Shown here in pieces: positions 1 to 7,851 of a stretch of 27,378 nt of DNA. The stretch comes from Planctomycetota bacterium (GTDB taxonomy: Bacteria > Planctomycetota > Phycisphaerae > SM23-33 > FEN-1343). The stretch lies in contig JAAYZK010000107.1 in the NCBI GenBank assembly GCA_012514895.1, positions 1 through 27,378 of the forward strand, written 5' to 3'. Under the pieces are notes generated by a model, which was not told where the DNA came from, searched no databases, and was given only the letters and a program-made list of their open reading frames with translations. The translations under genes and the position numbers were made by a program. Position 1 is the first letter of the stretch. Every line of letters begins with the position of its first letter.

Positions 1-7
1 CGACCGG

Positions 8-736
8 ATGACCTACCAGATGACCTTCGACCTGCACACCCGCAGCGGCACCGTCGTGGTCAACACCTCCGTCGTCGACGCCGAGCCCCTGATGGAATAC
101 GCCGACGAGATCTGCCGCTTCTACGAGCGCGGCTACGCGATGGGCCGCCTGCTGACCCTCCTCAAGCCGGGCGAGCGGATCGGCAAGATTCTCATCCCAG
201 AGGGCAAGCTGGGCTTCTGCACCGTCTGCTCGGTGACGCTCAACGGCGTCATGCTCAAGCACGGCGTTCCCATCACCAGCCGCTTCGGCGGGCTGATCGA
301 ACTGCAGGACGGCAGCGCCACCCGCTTCGTCGAGATGATCCACTACGACGGGACGAGCATCGACCCGCTGGAGGTCTTCATCCGCAGCGGCATGACCGAC
401 TACCGCGGGGCCATCTCGACCGGCAACGGCCGCATCGGCGCGTCGTTCCGCGAGATCCCCTGCGACGCCCGCCCCATGGTGCTGCAGTTGGCGTCCCACC
501 TCGACGAGATCGGCATGGGCGCCGTCCTGGCCGTCGGCCTGCCGGGCCAGGCGGTCCTGGAAGTCCCCGTCCCGGCCGAGCGGATCGGCATGGTCGTCAT
601 CGGCGGGCTGAACCCCATCGCCATCCTCGAGGAGTCCGGCCACCGCGTCTTCTCCCGCGCCCTGTCGGGCCAGATGGACTTCACCCGCCTGCAGCACTAC
701 CACGAACTGCCCAGGCTGCTGCGCAACGCGATGTAG
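8..736 (+). CDS. Hypothetical protein of unknown function, possibly 5'-truncated by the window edge (frame is open upstream to position 2). A weak impression of a DUF128/NrpR-type regulatory domain was not verified.
   Basis: 242-aa ORF with non-repetitive, protein-like composition (not Arg/Gly/Pro junk). No recognised catalytic motif. It is convergent with serA and a strong hairpin lies between them. Confidence 0.55.
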   Translation: MTYQMTFDLHTRSGTVVVNTSVVDAEPLMEYADEICRFYERGYAMGRLLTLLKPGERIGKILIPEGKLGFCTVCSVTLNGVMLKHGVPITSRFGGLIELQDGSATRFVEMIHYDGTSIDPLEVFIRSGMTDYRGAISTGNGRIGASFREIPCDARPMVLQLASHLDEIGMGAVLAVGLPGQAVLEVPVPAERIGMVVIGGLNPIAILEESGHRVFSRALSGQMDFTRLQHYHELPRLLRNAM

Positions 737-828
737 CGGCGCCCCGAGAGGCGGTTTGACGACCCCCCCGGCCGGCAAAGCTCTCGAGAGACCATCCGCC
801 GAAGGGCTGTGAGACAGCCTATGGGAAA

Positions 829-863
829 GCGGCGCGGCGGCTCACTCGGAACCGCCGCGCCGC
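829..863. terminator. GC-rich hairpin between the convergent ORF1 and serA (12-bp perfect stem GCGGCGCGGCGG / CCGCCGCGCCGC, 11-nt loop). A TTTCCC run follows on the minus strand, so it is a candidate serA terminator, possibly bidirectional.
   Basis: Perfect inverted repeat read directly from the sequence. The U-tract on the minus strand is weak (TTT). Confidence 0.4.
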
Positions 864-884
864 CCGTGAAATCGCCCGTCGCGT

Positions 885-2501
885 CTACCCGTTCTTGCGC
901 TGCTGTTCGGGCAGCGTCTCCAGGCGGACGGCGTAGACCTCGTTCATGAAGGGCATGGCCTTCAGTTTCTCCAGCACCGACGCCGGCGGCTGGGTGTCGA
1001 CGTTCAGGGCCAGGACCGCCTTGTTGGTGGCCTTGCGGCGGCCGAAGGTCATCGAGGCGATGTTCACGCCCGCTTCGCCGAAGGCGTCACCGACCTTGCC
1101 GATCACGCCCGGCTGATCGTCGTTGAAACAGATCACCACGTCGCCCTCGGGGATCATCTCCATGCGGTGGCCGTCGATGGCCACCACGCGGGGGAACTTG
1201 TGGCCGAAAATCGCCCCGACGGCGGTGCGGCTGACCTTGTCGGTGGTCACCTCCACCTGCACCAGGTTGGCGAAGTCCCGCACCTGCTCGGACGTGATCG
1301 TCTCGATGTTGATCCCGCGCTCCTTGGCCAGCACGGGGGCGTTGACCAGGTTCAGCTCGTCGCCCAGGACCGGCTTGAGCAGCCCGATCGTCAGCGCCGT
1401 CGTCACCGCCGACATGTTCTGCTGGGCGATCTCCCCGCGGTAGACGACCTCGACCTTCCTGATCGCCCCGGGGGTGATGTTCGTCAGCAGCGTGCCCATG
1501 CGACTGAGCAGCTCGGCGTAGGGCCGCAGGCTCTCGGGCAGCTTGGTGGCGCCCGAGACGTTCACCGCGTTGCGGATCTCCCCGCCCCGCAGGGCCTCGA
1601 CCATGATCTCCGCCGCCTCCAGCGCGACGCCTTCCTGGGCCTCCTCGGTGCTGGCGCCCAGGTGCGGGACGGCCACCACGTTGGGGTGCTCGATGAGCTT
1701 GCGCAGGTGCTCGCTGGCCGGCGGCTCCTCGGTGTAGACGTCCAGGGCCGCCCCGGCCACGGTGCCGGCCTCGAGGGCCGCCAGCAGGGCCTTCTCGTCG
1801 ATGATTCCGCCGCGGGCGGCGTTGATCAGGCGGACCGAGGGCTTCATCATCGCCAACTGGGCCGCGGCGATCATGCCCTTGGTCGCGTCGGTCTTGGGCA
1901 CGTGGACGGTGATGTAGTCGGCGACCTTGTACAGTTCGTCCACGTCGGCGACGAACTCGACCGCCTCGGGGACGGCCGCGGCGGTGAGCATCGGGTCGTA
2001 ACCCACCACCTTCATGCCCATCGCCATGGCGATGCCCGCCACCGTCCGGCCGATCCGCCCCAGGCCGATCACCCCGAGCGTCTTGCCGGACAACTGCGTC
2101 CCCTCGTAGCTCTTGCGGTCCCACTTGCCGGCCCGCAGGCTCACGGCGGCCGGAACGACCTTGCGGGACAGGGCCATCATCAGCGTGACGGCCAGCTCGG
2201 CGGTCGAGAGGGTGTTGCCGCCGGGCGTGTTCATCACGATGATGCCGCGGCTCGTCGCCGTCGGCAGGTCCACGTTATCGACGCCCACGCCGGCGCGGGC
2301 GACGGCCCGCAGGCGGCCCGGGTTGGCCAGGACCTCGGCCGTCAACTTGGCGCCGGAGCGGATGATGATCCCGTCGTACTGGCCGATCGTCTTGGCCAGA
2401 TCCTCGGCGCTCAGGCCGGTCTTGATGTCGAAATCGACGTTCTGGGCCTTGAGGTAATCCAGGCCCACCTGGCTGAGTTTGTCGGCAACCAGAATCTTCA
2501 T
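885..2501 (-). CDS. serA: D-3-phosphoglycerate dehydrogenase, long form with a C-terminal ACT regulatory domain.
   Basis: 538 aa. N-terminus MKILVADKLS..., NAD-binding GxGxxG motif (GVIGLGRIGRTVA), 2-hydroxyacid dehydrogenase catalytic region, C-terminal ACT-like region. Adjacent to a class-V aminotransferase (serC-like). Confidence 0.93.
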   Translation of the reverse strand: MKILVADKLSQVGLDYLKAQNVDFDIKTGLSAEDLAKTIGQYDGIIIRSGAKLTAEVLANPGRLRAVARAGVGVDNVDLPTATSRGIIVMNTPGGNTLSTAELAVTLMMALSRKVVPAAVSLRAGKWDRKSYEGTQLSGKTLGVIGLGRIGRTVAGIAMAMGMKVVGYDPMLTAAAVPEAVEFVADVDELYKVADYITVHVPKTDATKGMIAAAQLAMMKPSVRLINAARGGIIDEKALLAALEAGTVAGAALDVYTEEPPASEHLRKLIEHPNVVAVPHLGASTEEAQEGVALEAAEIMVEALRGGEIRNAVNVSGATKLPESLRPYAELLSRMGTLLTNITPGAIRKVEVVYRGEIAQQNMSAVTTALTIGLLKPVLGDELNLVNAPVLAKERGINIETITSEQVRDFANLVQVEVTTDKVSRTAVGAIFGHKFPRVVAIDGHRMEMIPEGDVVICFNDDQPGVIGKVGDAFGEAGVNIASMTFGRRKATNKAVLALNVDTQPPASVLEKLKAMPFMNEVYAVRLETLPEQQRKNG

Positions 2502-2571
2502 GGTGCACCTCTTCTAACGCCCCCGCAGGGGCTAGGTCGCTTCTCCCGCTGAACAAGCGGGGTCCGGCCGC

Positions 2572-2762
2572 AAAATCCGAAACTCGAAGCACGAAATCCG
2601 AAACAAATCTCAAACGGCTGAAAACGACAAACCTCAAAACGGCCGAGCCGGTCTGTATGCTGCTTTCCCGTTCGTTGGTTTTGCCGTTGTTTCGTTTGCC
2701 GTCTTGGCTGTTTCTCCGTTTCGAGTTTGTTTCGTATTTCGAAGTTCGTGTTTCGGATTTCC
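2572..2762. repeat. Long imperfect inverted repeat in the serC-serA intergenic region. The left arm (2572-2643) is rich in CGAAAC/CAAAC motifs and the right arm (2683-2762) holds about 6 copies of GTTTCG/GTTTC. The arms are roughly 70-75% complementary.
   Basis: Reverse-complementing 2683-2762 gives GGAAATCCGAAACACGAACTTCGAAATACGAAACAAACTCGAAACGG..., which aligns with 2572-2643 (AAAATCCGAAACTCGAAGCACGAAATCCGAAACAAATCTCAAACGG...). The region is AT-enriched relative to the flanks. Confidence 0.6.
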
Positions 2763-2801
2763 CCAACGGAACCGCAGGTCCGGCAGGAAAACGCTCCAGT
2801 T

Positions 2802-3935
2802 CTATTCCCAATCCCGCAAGACGGCCGTCGCCGCCGCCACGCCGGCGCCGATCTTCACCTTCACGCCCAGCTTGGCCAGCGTGTACTCGGTGGCAGCGAT
2901 CAGGCCGATCGTGTCCAGCGGATCGACATAGCCCATGTGGCTGACGCGGAAGACCTTGCCCTTGATGTCGTCCTGCCCGCCGGCCACCGAGCAGCCGTAC
3001 GTCTTCTCCAGGGCCTTGCGGAACGCGTCGTCGATGCCCTGGGGATACCAGATGCCCGTGACCGAGTCGCTGGGCTGGCTGCTGTAGACCTTCAGCCCGA
3101 TCGCCTCGGCGGCCGTGCGGGTCGCCTTGGCCAGCAGGGCCGTGCGGGCCCAGACCTTCTCGATGCCGATCTTGTGGATCATGTCCAGGGCGACTTTCAT
3201 CCCGCGGATGAGCGAGACGGCCGGCGTGTAGGGCGTGTCGCTGTCGGCGATCGATTTGCGATAGGCCTTCAGGTCCAGATAGAACGCCTGCGGCTTGACG
3301 GCCGCGGCGGCCTTCCAGGCCTTCTCGCTGACGGCGACGTTGGCCAGCCCCGGCGGGAGCATCATGGCCTTCTGCGACCCGGAGGCGACGATGTCCAGCC
3401 CCCACGCGTCCGTCTCCAGCGGCAGGGCGCCGACGGAGGTGATCCCGTCCACCATCAGCAGGGTGTCGGTCGGACCGGTAATCCTGCCGAGGGCCTGGAC
3501 GTCGGTGGCGGTGGCGGTGGACGTCTCGCTGTGGACGACGATGACGGCGCCGTACTGGCCGGTCTTCACCTTCTCGGCCACGAGGTCCGGACTGATGGCG
3601 GTGCCCCACTGGACCTTCACTTCATCGACGTCCATGCCGTACACGCGGGCGACCTTGGCCCACCGCTCGCCGAACTTGCCGCCGTTGGCGACCAGGACCT
3701 TCTTGCCGCGGGGCATGCAGGTGACGATCGCGGCTTCCATGCCGGCGGTGCCGGAGCCGGCGAGGGTCAGGACGTTGCTGGAGGTGCGGAACAGCTTCTT
3801 GAGACCCTCGTTGACCTCCGCGAACATCGCCTTGAACCGCGGCGTGCGGTGGTGGAACATCGGGCGGGCCATCTCGGTGAGGACTTCCGCGGGCACATCC
3901 GTGGGCCCCGGGGTGAACAGGCGTTCTTTGATCAT
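2802..3935 (-). CDS. serC: Class-V (AGXT-type) PLP-dependent aminotransferase, probably phosphoserine aminotransferase given the adjacent serA. Start chosen at MIKERLFTPGPT (ATG 3935) with GGAG 9-12 nt upstream, rather than the ORF-track start at 3989.
   Basis: N-terminal FTPGPT motif typical of class-V aminotransferases, PLP-lysine motif SGSQKAMM, about 378 aa. Same strand as serA and immediately upstream of it. Confidence 0.8.
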   Translation of the reverse strand: MIKERLFTPGPTDVPAEVLTEMARPMFHHRTPRFKAMFAEVNEGLKKLFRTSSNVLTLAGSGTAGMEAAIVTCMPRGKKVLVANGGKFGERWAKVARVYGMDVDEVKVQWGTAISPDLVAEKVKTGQYGAVIVVHSETSTATATDVQALGRITGPTDTLLMVDGITSVGALPLETDAWGLDIVASGSQKAMMLPPGLANVAVSEKAWKAAAAVKPQAFYLDLKAYRKSIADSDTPYTPAVSLIRGMKVALDMIHKIGIEKVWARTALLAKATRTAAEAIGLKVYSSQPSDSVTGIWYPQGIDDAFRKALEKTYGCSVAGGQDDIKGKVFRVSHMGYVDPLDTIGLIAATEYTLAKLGVKVKIGAGVAAATAVLRDWE

Positions 3936-4398
3936 CGTTCTCGCTCCAAGGTTCGTGAATCCCCCATCTCGGGGGTCCATGGGTTGCACACTCTAAGCCG
4001 ACACACACGCAACGAAAAGGGGACCTCGTCGACCGCCAGAGACCGGGGGATGCCGCCGTCACACGGAAGTGCCCGAAAAGGCCGGACTTATCGCCGCCAC
4101 GTCGCGCGGAAAGCTCAAATCGACATCAGCGGACCCATCACACGAGCCGACGGCGCGGGCCTTCAGTGCCTCCGGGGGCATCCCCCGGTACACATGCCCG
4201 ACAAGCGGCCCGTTCGGGCCGTCACTCCTTCAGCCTGTCGACGCCGCCGCCGCATCATCCCGACTCCCATCAGGCGTCCGCCCACGGCACCCCCGTCACG
4301 CGGACGGCCCGTAAGTCACTACACTACTTCGGCTCCAGGAGCCTGTCAATGGGGCTGTGAAAAAAATAACAGGTCGAGTCAGGATTTTCCGATTCCCT

Positions 4399-4426
4399 TT
4401 GAAACGCCGCGATCAGTATGTATAGT
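4399..4426 (+). promoter_or_regulatory. Sigma70-like promoter candidate for tRNA-Ala: -35 TTGAAA (4399-4404), 16-nt spacer, -10 TATAGT (4421-4426), with an upstream A-tract (4355-4372).
   Basis: Read directly. The -10 element lies about 30 nt upstream of the mature tRNA 5' end. Confidence 0.45.
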
Positions 4427-4455
4427 GGCTTCGTCCGGCCCCCGAGGCCTGACGC

Positions 4456-4528
4456 GGGGACGTAGCTCAGTTGGGAGAGCGGCTGGTTCGCAATCAGCAG
4501 GTCGAGGGTTCGAATCCCTTCGTCTCCA
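4456..4528 (+). tRNA. tRNA-Ala, anticodon CGC; no CCA encoded.
   Basis: Cloverleaf folded by hand: acceptor GGGGACG/CGTCTCC carrying the G3:U70 alanine identity pair; D-arm GCTCAGTTGGGAGAGC; anticodon stem GCTGG/TCAGC with loop TTCGCAA (anticodon CGC); T-arm GAGGGTTCGAATCCCTT; discriminator A. Confidence 0.9.
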
Positions 4529-4532
4529 GTCT

Positions 4533-4562
4533 TCGTTCGCCGCGGCCGACGATCGCGGCGAA
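4533..4562. terminator. Perfect 10-11-bp hairpin (GTTCGCCGCG ... CGCGGCGAAC) between the tRNA-Ala 3' end and the stop of the convergent minus-strand gene.
   Basis: Inverted repeat CGTTCGCCGCG-gccgacgat-CGCGGCGAACG read from the sequence. Weak T-run. Confidence 0.45.
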
Positions 4563-4566
4563 CGTT

Positions 4567-5128
4567 CTACCGGTGCGTCCGGGCGAGCAGCCGACGGTCC
4601 CAGCCGGGCTCGGCGGGGTGCAGGGATTGGACGTCCACGGTGAGCGACACGCCGGAGGCCTGCAGCAGCGCCTTGAAGTCGAGGCGGTCCAGGCGGTCGA
4701 AACAGTCCAGCGTGATCGCGTAGAGGGCGTTGCGGCGTTCGTCCCCCTCGGGCAGCCGGCGCGCCTCGGCGATGCGATCCTCGGCGTTGCGGATCTCCCT
4801 GAAGAAATCCGGCCAGAAGGCCGGCCCGTACCGCCGCCGGCAGAGGTGCAGCAGGTGCGCGTGGATCCTGTCGACCTGGTTGCACGAGCCGCACCACATC
4901 CATCCCGCTGGCCAGATGCCCCAGGCCCGTCGGGCAGAGGGTGGCGGCATCGGACAGATCGGCGTGCACCGCGCCTTCGACGATGACGTACGCCTTGTCG
5001 GTGGCGTCGAAGTGCCCCATCAGCGCGAGGTCCCACACGACGGCATCGCCCGCCTCCGCCGACACGGCGCGGGCGGTCGAGGCGAGGCATGCTCCCGCAG
5101 CCACTATCACGATGGCCGTCCTGATCAT
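4567..5128 (-). pseudogene. Secreted CxxC (thioredoxin-like, WCGSC motif) protein with an apparent +1 frameshift near 4905-4945. The N-terminal frame (5128 downwards) carries a Sec signal peptide and the C-terminal frame (down to 4567) carries the WCGSC motif and a protein-like tail.
   Basis: GGGGAG RBS 7 nt upstream of ATG 5128. Signal peptide MIRTAIVIVAAGACLASTARA/VS. Two protein-like segments lie in frames offset by 1 nt. The extension of the 249-aa ORF through tRNA-Ala is Arg/Pro/Gly junk. The C-terminal frame has no credible start of its own. Confidence 0.45.
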
Positions 5129-5434
5129 CGGTCGTCTCCCCGGCCGTTCCGTTCCACGGGTGCCCCCGTCCCGTAACTCAGACGCCCAACCCAGCGCGCG
5201 GTTCCCCCGGCGATGCCTTGCCCCTCCTCATGCCCGATCACCCGACATCATTGTGCCTTCTTCGCTCCGATGCAATCCGTGGCTCTCGGTTCCCCGGCGC
5301 CGGGAACAGCGCTGGAGCGGTGGGAAAGCAGGGGAAGTGGACGTGCCGACGATCACGTCGAAGCTTTCGCGCGTCCCAGACGGACGGATGACGGGGATCG
5401 CTGCCGCCCGTTCCGGCCTCAGATCAGCCCCCCC

Positions 5435-5956
5435 CTACCCCAGCGGCACGGCCAGCCCCGCCGACGCCAGGAGGTCCAGCACTGGCGGCAGAGAGACGGT
5501 GCTACGCTTCATGCGATGGCGGAGGCGGCGCGCGGGGAGGGGCGAGACGGGCGGGGAAGCGGCACAGAGGAGGTCGACGGCCTGCACGATCACGATCGTC
5601 GCCCCGGGGTAGGTCAGGCTGCCCGAGGCCGTCCGCGGGAAGCTCTGCTGCCAGTCGGGTCGGGCCACTTCGGAGACGACATGGTCGCCGAACGGCAGGC
5701 CGTCTAGGACGTAGCCGCCGCTGGTGTCAGTGGTTGTGAATCTCTCGCCCTCGCCGCTGTCCCATCGGCCGTCCCCGTCGCCGTCGGTCCAGTCCAGCCG
5801 ATCGTTTTCGTTGGCGTCGAGGTAGATGGTCCAGCCCGCCAGCGCCGGTTCTCCGGGATCGCGCAATCCGTCATTGTCGAGGTCATCCCACTTGACGCCA
5901 TGGATCACCACGAACGCAGACCTCCAGGAGCCTTTGCACGCGCTTGTCGGCCCCAC
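5435..5956 (-). CDS. Orphan SdrD-B-like / Cna-B-type (carboxypeptidase-regulatory-like) beta-sandwich domain ORF with no signal peptide; possibly a gene remnant.
   Basis: Motif GVKWDDLDNDGLRDPGEPALAGWTIYLD ... TTTDTSGGYVLDGLPFGDHVVSEVARPDWQQSFP matches the SdrD B-like repeat pattern. The GTG start at 5956 is only 24 bp from the divergent mutL start. No upstream ATG before an in-frame stop. Confidence 0.4.
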   Translation of the reverse strand: MGPTSACKGSWRSAFVVIHGVKWDDLDNDGLRDPGEPALAGWTIYLDANENDRLDWTDGDGDGRWDSGEGERFTTTDTSGGYVLDGLPFGDHVVSEVARPDWQQSFPRTASGSLTYPGATIVIVQAVDLLCAASPPVSPLPARRLRHRMKRSTVSLPPVLDLLASAGLAVPLG

Positions 5957-5979
5957 CCCCCGCGTGGTACAACGGCCGC

Positions 5980-7845
5980 ATGGCTTCCATCCGCGTCCTG
6001 CCCGTGCACATGGTCAACAAGATCGCCGCCGGCGAGGTGATCGAGCGCCCGGCGAGCGTCGTGAAGGAGCTGCTGGAGAACGCCCTGGACGCGGGGGCCG
6101 GGCGGATCGACGTGACGGTGGAGCAGGGCGGCAAGCAGCTCATCCGGGTCAGCGACGACGGCGGCGGGATGGGGCCGGAGGACCTGGCCAAGGCGTTCGT
6201 GCCCCACGCCACCAGCAAGCTGCCGGACGAGGAGGCGCTGTTCCACATCGCGACGCTGGGCTTCCGCGGGGAGGCCCTGGCGTCGATCGCGGCGATCAGC
6301 CATGCGAGCATCCGCACCCGCACGGCCGCCGAGGACGGGGGGCACGAGGTGGCCGCCGGCGGGGAGGTTCTCGGCGAGGTGCGGCCGTGTGCGGCGCCGG
6401 TGGGCACGACGGTGGAGGTGCGGGACCTGTTCTTCAACACCCCGGCCCGCCGGAAGTTCCTGCGGTCGGATTCGACGGAACTGGGTCACATCGCCGAGGC
6501 CCTGATCCGCGCGGCGCTGCCCCGTCGCGACGTGGCGTTCACGCTGACACACAATGGGCGTCGGGTGATGGATGTTCCGCCGGCCCGCACGTTGCAGCAG
6601 CGGGTGGCGGACCTGTTCGACCCGGAGCTGGCCGAGCCGCTCATCGCGGTGGAGCCATCCGACGGGGACGTGCGGATCTCCGGGCTGGTGGCCCCGCCGT
6701 CGGCGGCGCGGGCGGCGGCGAAGTGGCAGTACCTGTTCCTCAACGGCCGCTACATCCGCGACCGCTTCTGCCAGCACGCCCTGAGGGAGGCCTACCGCGG
6801 GCTGATCGACCCGCAGCGCCACCCGGTGGCGATCCTGTTCATCGCCCTGGACCCGGCGGCCGTGGACGTCAACGTCCACCCCACCAAGATCGAGGTCCGC
6901 TTCCGCGACGGCCAGAGCGTTCACTCGCACCTGCTGGCGGCGGTCCGCGAGACCCTCCAGCGTGCGGAGTTGCGGCCGCGAATGAGTTTGCCGCCCGAGG
7001 CCCCCGAGCCGCCGGACGACGCGCGGCGTCAGAGCCTGCGGGAGGCCCTGGCGGACTTCTTTGCCGCCCAGCCGGCCCCGCAGCCGCACCTGCATTTCAG
7101 CGAGCGGCGCGACCGCCCGTCGGGCGAGCCGTTCGGCGGCGATCGCGCCCCCCTCCCGCCGATGGCGCGGCTCTCGCCGCGTCCGCCAGCCGACGACGGC
7201 GCCGCCCCGCCGCTGCGTGCGGCCGAGCCGTCCGACCCGCCGGCCGGCCACGCGCCCGAGCCGGCGCGGGCGCCGGCGCGGCGGGTGATGCAGGTGCACA
7301 ACACCTACATCGTCGTCGCCGACGCCGACGGGCTGCGGATCATCGACCAGCACGCCCTGCATGAGCGGGTGCTCTACAACCAGCTCCTCGAGCGGATCAC
7401 CGCCGGGCCGCTGGCGGGCCAGGGGCTGCTGCTGCCGGCGACGCTGCCGGTGACGCCCGCGCGCAAGGCCCTGCTGGAGACGCACGCGGACCTGCTGGCC
7501 AGGCTGGGGATCGAGGTGAGCGATTTCGGCCCGGCGAGCGTCGCCGTCCAGCGGTTCCCCGCTTTCCTGGACCGGGCCGACCCCGCCGCCTTCGTGGCCG
7601 ACCTGCTGGACCTGCTGGACGGCGGCGACGCCGCCCTGGACCCTGAGCACCTGCTGCACAGCGTCCTGGACATGATGGCCTGCAAGGCCGCCGTCAAGGC
7701 CGGCGATCCCCTCGGCGACGAGGAGATCGCCCACCTGCTGGACGCCGCCGACGCCGCCGACAAGTCCACCGCCTGCCCGCACGGGCGGCCCACCCAGATC
7801 CGCCTGACGCTGCGGGACCTGGAGAAGCAGTTCAGGCGCGGGTAG
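5980..7845 (+). CDS. mutL: DNA mismatch repair protein MutL, endonuclease-type, with a Pro/Ala-rich interdomain linker. Start taken at MASIRVLP.
   Basis: N-terminal GHKL ATPase motifs (KELLENALDAGA, DDGGGM). C-terminal DQHALHERVLYN, ACKAAVKAG and CPHGRP metal-binding/endonuclease motifs. 622 aa. Confidence 0.93.
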   Translation: MASIRVLPVHMVNKIAAGEVIERPASVVKELLENALDAGAGRIDVTVEQGGKQLIRVSDDGGGMGPEDLAKAFVPHATSKLPDEEALFHIATLGFRGEALASIAAISHASIRTRTAAEDGGHEVAAGGEVLGEVRPCAAPVGTTVEVRDLFFNTPARRKFLRSDSTELGHIAEALIRAALPRRDVAFTLTHNGRRVMDVPPARTLQQRVADLFDPELAEPLIAVEPSDGDVRISGLVAPPSAARAAAKWQYLFLNGRYIRDRFCQHALREAYRGLIDPQRHPVAILFIALDPAAVDVNVHPTKIEVRFRDGQSVHSHLLAAVRETLQRAELRPRMSLPPEAPEPPDDARRQSLREALADFFAAQPAPQPHLHFSERRDRPSGEPFGGDRAPLPPMARLSPRPPADDGAAPPLRAAEPSDPPAGHAPEPARAPARRVMQVHNTYIVVADADGLRIIDQHALHERVLYNQLLERITAGPLAGQGLLLPATLPVTPARKALLETHADLLARLGIEVSDFGPASVAVQRFPAFLDRADPAAFVADLLDLLDGGDAALDPEHLLHSVLDMMACKAAVKAGDPLGDEEIAHLLDAADAADKSTACPHGRPTQIRLTLRDLEKQFRRG

Positions 7846-7851
7846 CGCCGC

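Noticed and set aside
1087-4643. Long overlapping ORFs (1087-2124 minus, 1167-2552 plus, 2275-3609 minus, 2727-4643 plus, 3295-3996 plus)
   Set aside because: Arg/Gly/Pro/His-rich low-complexity translations that overlap serA and serC in other frames. These are typical high-GC open-frame artefacts. The 2727-4643 ORF also runs through tRNA-Ala.
5129-5150. Possible att-like direct repeat of the tRNA-Ala 3' end (TCGTCTCC) at 5133-5140
   Set aside because: Only an 8-nt match in a 65% GC background, which is insufficient to infer an integration site.
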